From NCBI GenBank assembly GCA_009377445.1, contig WHUA01000001.1, positions 902,725-966,724 of the forward strand: a DNA stretch of 64,000 nucleotides. Reading direction: 5' to 3'. Of this stretch, positions 56,503 through 64,000 are shown piece after piece. This DNA comes from Alphaproteobacteria bacterium (lineage in GTDB: Bacteria; Pseudomonadota; Alphaproteobacteria; UBA8366). The notes under the pieces were generated by a model that was not told the DNA's origin, made no database searches, and was given only the letters and a program-made list of their open reading frames with translations. Positions within the stretch are counted from its first letter, which is position 1. Each line of letters starts with the position of its first letter. A program made the position numbers and the translations under genes.

Positions 56503-57378
56503 TCACCGCCGCCGCGTTTCGCGCTGGATCATGTAGATGTTGCTCGCGATGACGATGGCCGCGCCGGCCAGCACCCATGCACCGGGCAGGTCGCCCCAAA
56601 GCACGTATCCGTAGATCGTCGCCCACAGCAGCGCGGTATAGCGGAAAGGCGCGATCAGCGCCGCCTCGCCGAGGCGCAATGCCTCGATCATGAGAAAATG
56701 GGCGCCCGCCGCGACGGCGCCGTTCACGAGGAACCACAGCACGGCGTCTCCCGTCAGGGGCTGCCAGCCGAAGGGCGCGCTGAACGCCGCCGCGCCCGCG
56801 ACGATGACCGTCGACCAGAAAAGAATGGAGATGGATGTGTCCGTGCGCGCGAGGTGGCGCGTGAAGATATCCCGAAGCCCGTTCGCCAGCGCCGCCGCAA
56901 CGGGCACCAGGAGCGCCCATTCGAACGCCGCGCCGGTGGGGCGGACGATGACGAGAACGCCGGCGAATCCGGCGAGCACGGCAATCCAGCGGCGCCAGCC
57001 GACGTGCTCCTTCAGCATCGGCACCGACAGCGCGGCGACGAAGATAGGACTCGCGAAGGCGATCGCCGTCACGGTCGCGATCGGCAGAAGGCTGAGGCTG
57101 AGAACCGTGAATATGGCCGTCGCGAGAAACAGCAGCCCGCGGATTCCCTGGCCCATCCAGTTTCCGATCCGGAACGCGGACCAGCCGCCGAGATGGAGCG
57201 CATAGGGCACGATGAACAACAGGGATGCCGCCTGCCGGAAGCAGAGCACCTGCCCGACGGGATAGACCTCCGCCAGATGCTTGGACGCCGCGTCGTTCAT
57301 GGACAGCAGCGCCGCGCCGGCGATCATGGCGGCGATCCCCTTCAGCGGGGCGGCGCTCAGGGCGGTGGCTTGGCTCAT
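56503..57378 (-). CDS. DMT-superfamily (EamA-like) transporter
   Basis: ORF 56503..57378, 291 aa, about 10 TMS in two EamA-like halves. Confidence 0.8.
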   Translation of the reverse strand: MSQATALSAAPLKGIAAMIAGAALLSMNDAASKHLAEVYPVGQVLCFRQAASLLFIVPYALHLGGWSAFRIGNWMGQGIRGLLFLATAIFTVLSLSLLPIATVTAIAFASPIFVAALSVPMLKEHVGWRRWIAVLAGFAGVLVIVRPTGAAFEWALLVPVAAALANGLRDIFTRHLARTDTSISILFWSTVIVAGAAAFSAPFGWQPLTGDAVLWFLVNGAVAAGAHFLMIEALRLGEAALIAPFRYTALLWATIYGYVLWGDLPGAWVLAGAAIVIASNIYMIQRETRRR

Positions 57379-57451
57379 GACGGCGCGACCATTCCTTTGG
57401 CGGATTGCGGGAGCGGACCGAGGGCGGGGAGGCGCAATGCGTGGCCGCCGT

Positions 57452-58234
57452 TCAGTCGAGACAGCCGGCCTCGCTGCGCAGCACTTGTCGTGCGAAATAG
57501 TGGAAGGTCGCGCCGAGCGGCTTCGGCTTCAGCCGGTAGTCGTGCGCCTGGCGTGCCGGGTCGGGATCGAGATCGCGGATCGTCCCGGCAGCCATCGCGA
57601 GAAGCTGCAGCCGCGCCGCGCGCTCGATGAATAGGGACAGCACGGCGGCTTCCTCGACCGTGGCGCAGGCGCAAAGCTGGCCATGATGGGCGAGCAGGAT
57701 CGTCCGCTTGTCGCCGATCGCATTCGAGATGATCTCGCCTTCCTCGTCGCCGATCGGCGGCCCCGGCCAATGATCGAGATAGGCGCAGTCTTCGTAGAAC
57801 ATCGAGGTGTCCATATGCGCCGCCTTGAGCGGCACACCGATCATCGAAAGCGCCGATATGTGCGGCGGATGCGTGTGCATGATGGAATTTACGTCGGGCC
57901 GCTTGCGGTAGATCCAGAGATGGAACCGGTTGGACGGATTGGGCATTCCCTCGCCGTCGACGACGTTGAGGTCGTCGTCGACCAGGAGGAAGTCGCTCGC
58001 CCGGATCTCCTCGAGGCCGAGCCCGAAGCGCGCCGTCCACATCGTGCCGGGTTTGTCGCCGCGCGCGGTGATCTGGCCCGCCAGCGCCGAGCCATGCTCC
58101 TCGCGCGCCAGCATGCGGCAGCTCAGCGCCAGCTTCTCGCGCGTCGACCACGCCGGCGTCGGCAGGTGCCGTTCCATCTCGGCGCTGGCGCGCGTGTCGA
58201 AATCCGATTTCGGCTTGTGTCCCGCTTGCGGCAT
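57452..58234 (-). CDS. Class II aldolase/adducin-domain protein
   Basis: ATG 58234 in frame with ORF 57452..58291, GGGAGGG SD upstream. Metal-binding His region NSIMHTHPPHISALS. Confidence 0.8.
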   Translation of the reverse strand: MPQAGHKPKSDFDTRASAEMERHLPTPAWSTREKLALSCRMLAREEHGSALAGQITARGDKPGTMWTARFGLGLEEIRASDFLLVDDDLNVVDGEGMPNPSNRFHLWIYRKRPDVNSIMHTHPPHISALSMIGVPLKAAHMDTSMFYEDCAYLDHWPGPPIGDEEGEIISNAIGDKRTILLAHHGQLCACATVEEAAVLSLFIERAARLQLLAMAAGTIRDLDPDPARQAHDYRLKPKPLGATFHYFARQVLRSEAGCLD

Positions 58235-58303
58235 AGAGCCCTCCCTTTCCAAGCAAGGCATGAACGATATCATGCCTCGCCGCGGCGGCACACACGCGTC
58301 GGA

Positions 58304-59308
58304 TCAGTGGTAGCCGATATCGCCCGTCATCTTGCCCCGGAATATCCAGTAGCTGTAGGCGGTGTACATAAGGATGAGCGGCACGACGACGACCGTGCCG
58401 GCCAGCATGAAGGCCTGGGAGGACGGAGCGGCCGCCACGTCCCAGATCGTCAGGCTCGGCGGCACGGCCCATGGCCAGAGGCTGATGCCGAGCCCGAGGT
58501 AGCAGAGCGCGAACAGGCCGAGCGTGCAGACGAACGGCACCCCGTCCCTTCGCGCCGACACCGCCCACAGCAGGATGATGAAGAGCAGGCCGGTCAGCAA
58601 AGGCACCGGCGACAGGTAGAGAATATTCGGCCAACTGAACCAGCGGTCGGCGATCGACGGCGCGAGGAAGGGCGTCCAGATGCTCACGGCGCCGATGAAG
58701 ACGACGACGCCCAGCAGCAGCCAGCGGATGAGCTTGTACGCCCAGTCCCTGAGCTCGTCCGTGGTCTTGAGAACCACCCATGTCGCGCCGAGCAGCGCGT
58801 ACCCGAAGACGAGCGCGATTGCCGTCATCGCGCTGAAGGGGGTCAGCCAGTCGAAGGGACCGCCGCCGAAGTGCCGTCCGCTCACCTCGAAGCCCTGGAC
58901 GAAGGCGCCGAGCACGAAGCCCTGGGACAGCGTGGCGACAAGCGATCCGATGTGGAACGACCTGTCCCACCACTGCCGGCTGGCGACCGCCGAGTGACGG
59001 AACTCGAAGGCGACGCCGCGAAAGATCAGGGCGATCAGCATCACCGTGATCGGGATATAGACCGCGGGCATGATGATGGCGTAGGCGAGAGGAAATGCGG
59101 CGAAGAGGCCGCCGCCGCCCAGCACGAGCCATGTCTCGTTCGCATCCCACACCGGCGCGATCGTGCTCATCATGCGCGTTCTGGCGCTGTCGCTTGGGGC
59201 GAAGGGGAAAAGGATGCCGATGCCGAGATCGAAGCCATCCATGAAAACGTACATGAATACGGCGAAGGCGATGATGACGGCCCAGATGAGCGGAAGGTCG
59301 ACGATCAT
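58304..59308 (-). CDS. cydB: Cytochrome bd-type quinol oxidase subunit II
   Basis: ATG 59308 overlaps the cydA stop (ATGA), in frame with ORF 58304..60106. MIVDLPLIWAVIIAFAVFMYVFMDGFDLGIGILFP... is a canonical CydB start. Confidence 0.9.
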   Translation of the reverse strand: MIVDLPLIWAVIIAFAVFMYVFMDGFDLGIGILFPFAPSDSARTRMMSTIAPVWDANETWLVLGGGGLFAAFPLAYAIIMPAVYIPITVMLIALIFRGVAFEFRHSAVASRQWWDRSFHIGSLVATLSQGFVLGAFVQGFEVSGRHFGGGPFDWLTPFSAMTAIALVFGYALLGATWVVLKTTDELRDWAYKLIRWLLLGVVVFIGAVSIWTPFLAPSIADRWFSWPNILYLSPVPLLTGLLFIILLWAVSARRDGVPFVCTLGLFALCYLGLGISLWPWAVPPSLTIWDVAAAPSSQAFMLAGTVVVVPLILMYTAYSYWIFRGKMTGDIGYH

Positions 59309-60615
59309 GCGGGCCCCCGGTTGACGATGCGGGCGATGAATACCGTGCCGGCGCCGAAGATGATCGCGTAGGTGATCGCGTACAGGACCAGGGACAGGAC
59401 GACGCTCGAAGCCGGAACGCCCGGCGACAGGCCCTCGGACGTGCGCATTACACCCTGGATCAGCCAGGGCTGGCGCCCGACCTCCGTCGTGAACCATCCG
59501 GCCAGCACGGCGACGAAGCCGATCGGCGTGCAGATCAGGCAGGATCGCAGGAACGGCGCGGACTCGAACAGCCGCCCGCGGAACCTGAGAAAGAGGCTCC
59601 AGAGCACGATCCCCATCATCACGATGCCGCAGCCCACCATCAGCCGGAAGGACCAGAATACGATCGGCACGTAAGGACGGTCGGCCGGCGGCCAGTTCTT
59701 CAGGCCGGTAACGGTGCCGTCGAGATCGTGGGTCAGGATCAGGCTGGCGAGCTTGGGAATTGCGAGCTCGTAGTGGTTCGTTTCCGCCGCCATGTCGGGG
59801 ATCGCGAACAGCACCAGCGGCGCGCCTTGCCGCGTTTCCCAATGCCCCTCCATCGCCGCGATCTTGGCCGGCTGGTGCTCCAGCGTGTTCAGGCCGTGCA
59901 GGTCGCCGATCAGGACCTGCAAGGGGACCAGCAGGGTGAGCAGCCACAGCGTCATCGACAGCGTATGCTTCGCTTCCGCCGCGTGCTCGCTGCGCAAGAG
60001 CTGCCAGGCGCTGGCGCCCACCACCGCGAAGCCCGTCGTCGCGAAACAGGCGACGACCATGTGCGACAGGCGGTACGGAAAGGACGGGTTGAAGACGGCG
60101 TCCCACCAGCTCGTGACATGAACGACGCCGTCGCGCATCTCGTATCCCGCGGGCGTGTGCATCCAGCTATTCGCCGACAGGATCCAGAAGGCGGAGATGA
60201 GGGTCCCCAGCGCCACCATGACCGCCGACAGGGTGATTACCGGGTGAGGAACTTTCCCGCGTCCGAACAGAAGAATTCCGAGGAAGGTGGCCTCGAGGAA
60301 GAACGCCGTCTGCACCTCGTAACTGAGCAATGGGCCGATGATGTTGCCTGCCCTCGCCGAGAACTCCGCCCAGTTCGTGCCGAACTGATAGGACATGACG
60401 ATGCCCGAGACGACGCCCATGCCGAAGGAGATCGTGAAAATGCGGGTCCAGAATCGCGAAACGCGCAGATAGAACTCTTCCCTGGTGAACAGCCAGCGTA
60501 TCTCGAGCAGCGCAATGAAGGAGGCGAGGCCGATCGTGAACGCCGGGAACAGGATGTGGAAGGCGATCACGAAGGCGAACTGAATGCGTGACAGCAGTAG
60601 CGGGTCTAGCTCCAT
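59305..60615 (-). CDS. cydA: Cytochrome bd-type quinol oxidase subunit I, short Q-loop (CIO-like) form
   Basis: ORF 59305..60615. Only 436 aa. LSRIQFAFVIAFHILFPAFTIG, GWFTTEVGRQPWLIQGVMRT. Confidence 0.9.
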   Translation of the reverse strand: MELDPLLLSRIQFAFVIAFHILFPAFTIGLASFIALLEIRWLFTREEFYLRVSRFWTRIFTISFGMGVVSGIVMSYQFGTNWAEFSARAGNIIGPLLSYEVQTAFFLEATFLGILLFGRGKVPHPVITLSAVMVALGTLISAFWILSANSWMHTPAGYEMRDGVVHVTSWWDAVFNPSFPYRLSHMVVACFATTGFAVVGASAWQLLRSEHAAEAKHTLSMTLWLLTLLVPLQVLIGDLHGLNTLEHQPAKIAAMEGHWETRQGAPLVLFAIPDMAAETNHYELAIPKLASLILTHDLDGTVTGLKNWPPADRPYVPIVFWSFRLMVGCGIVMMGIVLWSLFLRFRGRLFESAPFLRSCLICTPIGFVAVLAGWFTTEVGRQPWLIQGVMRTSEGLSPGVPASSVVLSLVLYAITYAIIFGAGTVFIARIVNRGPA

Positions 60616-60694
60616 CGGCCGGCGCCGTCCCTGTCGTCGTGTCCGCTATGTCGGATTATCATAAGTGAAACGCTGCGAATGTAAACGCTGCGGT

Positions 60695-60719
60695 GGAACA
60701 ACCGGCATCCGCGCGCGTT
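60695..60719 (+). promoter_or_regulatory. EcfG-type promoter upstream of the M48 protease gene
   Basis: GGAAC (60695-60699), 16 nt, CGTT (60716-60719), about 95-105 nt upstream of the candidate start codons. Confidence 0.55.
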
Positions 60720-60823
60720 TTTAGAGCCAATACATTGCGCATCCTCGCGCGTACGCCTACCTATACGCTGCAACGGCGCGGAACCATTCCGCGCGGGCTT
60801 ATTTTGCTTGAATGGAGGACGCG

Positions 60824-61654
60824 ATGACTGAAGTTGGAATGGCACGAGCGAGCGGGGCGGCGCGACCTCCATCCTTCACTGCGCGGGGCGCGAGAGCGCT
60901 TTTTCTCGCCGCGACCGTGGCTGCCGGCGTAACCGTGACCGGATGCGAAACGGCGCCGGTGACCGGCCGCCAGCAGATGATCCTGATGTCGGACAGCCAG
61001 GCGACCGAAATGGGCCTGGCCGCGTACCAGCAGATACTGAAGGAGAGCAAGATCTCTCCCGATAAAGCGATGAACGAGCGGGTTCGCCGCGTCGGCCAGC
61101 GCATCGCCGCGGTAAGCGGGCGTCCCGACCTGCCCTGGGAATTCAACGTCATCCAGGACGACACGCCGAACGCCTTCGCGCTTCCGGGCGGCAAGGTCGG
61201 CGTGCACACCGGCCTGTTCAAAGTGGCGCAGAACGACGATCAGCTCGCCACCGTCATGGCGCATGAGGTCGGCCACGCCATCGCGCGGCACAGCGCGGAG
61301 CGCGTCTCGCAGCAGATGGCGCTGCAGCTCGGCCTCGCAGGCCTGGGAATGGCCGGATCGGGCGCGCAGCTCGCGCAGCTCGCGGGCTCCGCCGCGACGC
61401 TCGGCGTCGTGCTGCCCTTCTCCCGCAAGCAGGAGGCCGAGGCCGACCATATCGGCGTCATCATGATGGCGAAGGCCGGTTACGATCCGCGCGCCGCCGT
61501 GACGCTGTGGCAGAATTTCGGCAAGCTGGGCGGCGACCGCGCCCCGGAATTCCTGTCGACGCATCCGGCGCCGGCATCGCGCATTCAGGAGATTCAGGCC
61601 CTCATGCCGGAAGCGATGGCGGTCTACGAAAAGTCGCCGAAGGCCCCCCGTTAG
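60824..61654 (+). CDS. M48-family zinc metalloprotease, predicted lipoprotein
   Basis: In frame with ORF 60812..61654 (ATG 60812, 60824 or 60839; GGAGGA at 60814-60819). Lipobox-like VTVTGC, HEVGHAIARH zinc motif, downstream EAEADHIG. Confidence 0.85.
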   Translation: MTEVGMARASGAARPPSFTARGARALFLAATVAAGVTVTGCETAPVTGRQQMILMSDSQATEMGLAAYQQILKESKISPDKAMNERVRRVGQRIAAVSGRPDLPWEFNVIQDDTPNAFALPGGKVGVHTGLFKVAQNDDQLATVMAHEVGHAIARHSAERVSQQMALQLGLAGLGMAGSGAQLAQLAGSAATLGVVLPFSRKQEAEADHIGVIMMAKAGYDPRAAVTLWQNFGKLGGDRAPEFLSTHPAPASRIQEIQALMPEAMAVYEKSPKAPR

Positions 61655-61706
61655 GCGCGGCGGATTAGGCGCGGCGGACAGGCGAGAGGCGTCGATCCTA
61701 TCCTTC

Positions 61707-61844
61707 CTAGACGAATGCAATCACGAGTGCGAGCAGCCCGAGTGCCGCCACGCCGAGCGAGATGGCGAGAACGTAGCGGACGTTGTGCCCGGTCACGCCC
61801 TGGCGCGCCTTCGTCACGCCAACTCTTTCCTTTTCCTCCGTCAT
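61707..61844 (-). CDS. Unannotated 45-aa single-pass membrane protein (below the ORF-track length cut-off)
   Basis: My own translation of the minus strand: MTEEKERVGVTKARQGVTGHNVRYVLAISLGVAALGLLALVIAFV*. Strong SD (GGAAGGAGGGAGAA) immediately upstream of the ATG at 61844. An EcfG-type promoter lies 62 nt further upstream. Confidence 0.6.
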   Translation of the reverse strand: MTEEKERVGVTKARQGVTGHNVRYVLAISLGVAALGLLALVIAFV

Positions 61845-61906
61845 TTCTCCCTCCTTCCGGGCCGTGCGTCATGGCGTGCGCCGTCGAGCGCCGCTCTTGC
61901 AAGACG

Positions 61907-61931
61907 AACGGGGCCTATGCCGGATCGTTCC
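61907..61931 (-). promoter_or_regulatory. EcfG-type promoter for the 45-aa ORF
   Basis: The minus strand reads GGAAC (61931..61927), 16 nt, CGTT (61910..61907). Confidence 0.6.
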
Positions 61932-61979
61932 GGGATTTGCCGTGATTCGGGTTAAGACAGGATATCGTCATCGTGCGGC

Positions 61980-63698
61980 GTGGATTTCGCTCACCGGCGG
62001 GCTACAATCCCGCTCCGCTCGCTTCGCCAGGGAGACTCCCCATTGCATCGCCTACTGATAGCGCCGGCATTTCTTCTGGCCGCGATCCCCGCTTTTTTCC
62101 TCTGGTCCTGGCTGGGAAGCCCCGTGGCGGTGACGGACGCGCCCGGCGGGCGCCTGCAATGCCTGTCCTACACGCCCTATGACGGGTCCAGCACGCCCCT
62201 GGATCCGTCCACCTACAAGGTCGCGCCGGAGAGCATTCGTGCCGATCTGAAGGCGCTGCATCCCTTCACCGAATGCCTCAGGACGTATTCTTCGCTGCCG
62301 CCCCAAGGGGAAGTGGTGCGCGCCGCGGAAGAGCTGGGGATGAAGGTCTATCTCGGCATCTGGATCAGCGCGAACGCCGAAGACACCGAGAAGGAGATCG
62401 CCGCCGCGCTCGCGCTCGCCAAGGCGCATCCCGGCGCGATCAAGGCGATGGTCGTCGGCAACGAGGTGATGCTGAGGCGCGAGATGACGGGCGAGCAGCT
62501 CGCCGCGATCATACGGGACGTCAAGGCGCGCAGCGGCCTGCCGGTGACATATGCCGACATCTTCGAGTTCTGGCGGCGCAATCCGGTGCTGGCGCAGGCG
62601 GTCGACTTCATGTCGATCCACATCCTGCCCCATTGGGACGATCCCGCCCCGGTCAGCATCGACGAGGTGCAGGCGCATGTGCGCGGCATCATCGCGCGGG
62701 TGCAGCGGACATTTCCGGGCGAGCCGATGATCATCGGCGAGATCGGCTGGCCGAGCGCCGGGCGCACGCGCGGCGCGGCCGTGCCGAGCCTGGTCAACGA
62801 GGCGCGCTTCATCCGCGAGTTCGTCAGCGGCGCGGAGGCGATCGGCGTTCCCTACAACATCATCGAGGCGGTCGATCAGGCGTGGAAGCGCAATCCGGAA
62901 GGGACGGTCGGCGGCTATTGGGGCCTGCTGGACGGAAACCTCGATCTGAAATTCCCGCTGACCGGCCCCGTCAGCGAATGGCCGCATTGGCAATACGCGC
63001 TCGCCGTCTCGCTGGCCCTGACCGCGCTGGTGCTGGCCTGGGGATTGATGCCGGGACGGCGGCTTACGCTCCTGCGCTGGCTCGCGCTCGGTATCTTCGG
63101 TCAGGTGCTGGCGTCGACGCTGGTGCTGCAGGCGGCGCAGACCGCGACGATCAGCCTGCATGGGTTCGAATATGCCCGCGGCTATCTCGCGTCCGCACTG
63201 ACGGTCGCAGCCTTCGCGCTGATCTGCCTGCCGCGCATCGACCGCCGCAAGCGCTGGATCGAGGCCGTGCCGGCGCGGCTGGGCGACCTGCTGGCGTGGC
63301 TGCGCCGCCCGTCGCGGGAAACGCTGAGTCCCGACATTGCCTTGGGGCTCGTGAGCTGGCCGATCCTCGCCGCCGGCGCCTTGGCGGCGCTGCTCATGGC
63401 GGTGGACGGGCGCCATCGCGATTTCTTCATTCCCGAGCTGGGATTGCCGGCGGCGCTGCTGCTGTTCCATTGGTGGACGTCGCCGCGCCGGCGCGATTGG
63501 CAGGAAGACCGGCGCGAAGAAGGCTGGCTCGCGCTCGTGCTCGCCGTCATCGGGCCGTTCGCCTGGGACGGGCCGCGCAATTACGAAGCGATGGCCTGGA
63601 TCGTCGTCGTGCTCGCCCTGGCGTTGCCGTGGCTGGCCGCCGGCTGGCGGGCCCTACGCGCGCCGGCTCTCGATCCAGGCCAGGCGCAGCAGCGCTAG
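61980..63698 (+). CDS. NdvC-like protein: GH17 beta-glucan glycosyl hydrolase/transferase domain fused to a C-terminal polytopic membrane domain
   Basis: ORF 61980..63698 with a GTG start; TTG 62043 is an alternative. GH17 catalytic motifs VVGNEVMLR and IIGEIGWPSAG. The last ~230 aa contain several hydrophobic helices. Confidence 0.7.
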   Translation: MDFAHRRATIPLRSLRQGDSPLHRLLIAPAFLLAAIPAFFLWSWLGSPVAVTDAPGGRLQCLSYTPYDGSSTPLDPSTYKVAPESIRADLKALHPFTECLRTYSSLPPQGEVVRAAEELGMKVYLGIWISANAEDTEKEIAAALALAKAHPGAIKAMVVGNEVMLRREMTGEQLAAIIRDVKARSGLPVTYADIFEFWRRNPVLAQAVDFMSIHILPHWDDPAPVSIDEVQAHVRGIIARVQRTFPGEPMIIGEIGWPSAGRTRGAAVPSLVNEARFIREFVSGAEAIGVPYNIIEAVDQAWKRNPEGTVGGYWGLLDGNLDLKFPLTGPVSEWPHWQYALAVSLALTALVLAWGLMPGRRLTLLRWLALGIFGQVLASTLVLQAAQTATISLHGFEYARGYLASALTVAAFALICLPRIDRRKRWIEAVPARLGDLLAWLRRPSRETLSPDIALGLVSWPILAAGALAALLMAVDGRHRDFFIPELGLPAALLLFHWWTSPRRRDWQEDRREEGWLALVLAVIGPFAWDGPRNYEAMAWIVVVLALALPWLAAGWRALRAPALDPGQAQQR

Positions 63699-63995
63699 GA
63701 TCAAGCCGGGCCCCGCCTCGGTCGCGTTGTAGAGGACCAATCCCGCGCCGCCGATCGCCATCGCAATGAAAGCCAGGATCACTGCTCCCCTGCGCGGCAA
63801 GGCGAGCGTCAGGAGGGCGCAGGCGGTCGCGGCATAGCCGAGGCCGTTCCATTCCGTCGCGACGATGAACCCCGTCCGCACCGGGCACCACCACACCGCC
63901 TCCGCGCTCTTGCACATGTTGCCGATCGCTTCGGGCTCCACCAGCCCGTAGCGCAGGGCATAGCCGATGCCGGCGAAAAGCGCGGCGAGGATCAC
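63654..63995 (-). CDS. Hypothetical membrane protein; the 5' end may lie beyond the window
   Basis: ORF 63654..63995 with a GTG at 63995, only 5 nt from the window edge. Three hydrophobic segments. Overlaps the 3' end of the NdvC-like gene by 45 nt, so it is uncertain. Confidence 0.35.
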   Translation of the reverse strand: MILAALFAGIGYALRYGLVEPEAIGNMCKSAEAVWWCPVRTGFIVATEWNGLGYAATACALLTLALPRRGAVILAFIAMAIGGAGLVLYNATEAGPGLILALLRLAWIESRRA

Positions 63996-64000
63996 GGCCG

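Noticed and set aside
58235-58303. Possible cydX-like small ORF or terminator after cydB
   Set aside because: There is no short hydrophobic ORF with an SD. Only a 7-bp hairpin (GGCATGA...TCATGCC) without a U-tract is present.
61651-61902. 83-aa minus-strand ORF from the track
   Set aside because: It is Arg/Gly-rich, has no SD, and overlaps in another frame the 45-aa ORF that has a strong SD, a TM helix and an EcfG-type promoter.

Overview
High-GC (about two-thirds G+C by spot counts) alphaproteobacterial chromosome segment, probably Hyphomicrobiales/Rhizobiales. That guess rests on EcfG-type promoters, an NdvC-like gene and REP-like intergenic repeats. It is gene-dense and mostly metabolic. 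Layout: (1) nt 1-8652 is a compact urea module, urtB(partial)CDE-ureDABCEFG-hupE/ureJ, with several overlapping stop/start codons. (2) nt 8780-17797 holds three thiamine-diphosphate (TPP) enzyme genes, one of them split into alpha and beta subunits, plus a five-gene peptide/nickel-type ABC importer. (3) nt 18011-18706 is a divergent PRC-barrel/DUF3008 pair with back-to-back GGAAC-N17-CGTT (EcfG general-stress) promoters. (4) nt 18711-51555 is a ~33-kb island of orphan oxygenases and related enzymes: 5 TauD/TfdA dioxygenases, 5 luciferase-like (LLM/NtaA) flavoenzymes, OYE, bicupin, pirin, CmcJ-like, 2 MmgE/PrpD, CoA-transferase, FAH, C45 Ntn-hydrolase, MetE-like, a lone CoxL-like molybdoenzyme subunit, ADH and an alpha/beta hydrolase. 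It has one LysR regulator and one MFS transporter. (5) nt 51640-63698 carries NDH-2, a lower-GC TRAP transporter, a DMT permease, a class II aldolase, a short (CIO-type) cytochrome bd oxidase, an M48 lipoprotein protease, an unannotated 45-aa membrane ORF and an NdvC-like GH17-membrane protein. Three families of imperfect-palindromic intergenic repeats sit at operon borders. I saw no rRNA/tRNA, CRISPR, transposase/integrase, prophage or recognisable defence genes. The most system-like novelty candidate is the oxygenase island, with its five recurring TauD plus flavoenzyme modules. The best directly sequence-supported regulatory finding is a set of four EcfG-type promoters. Many long ORFs in the six-frame track are antisense or GC-driven artefacts and were rejected.
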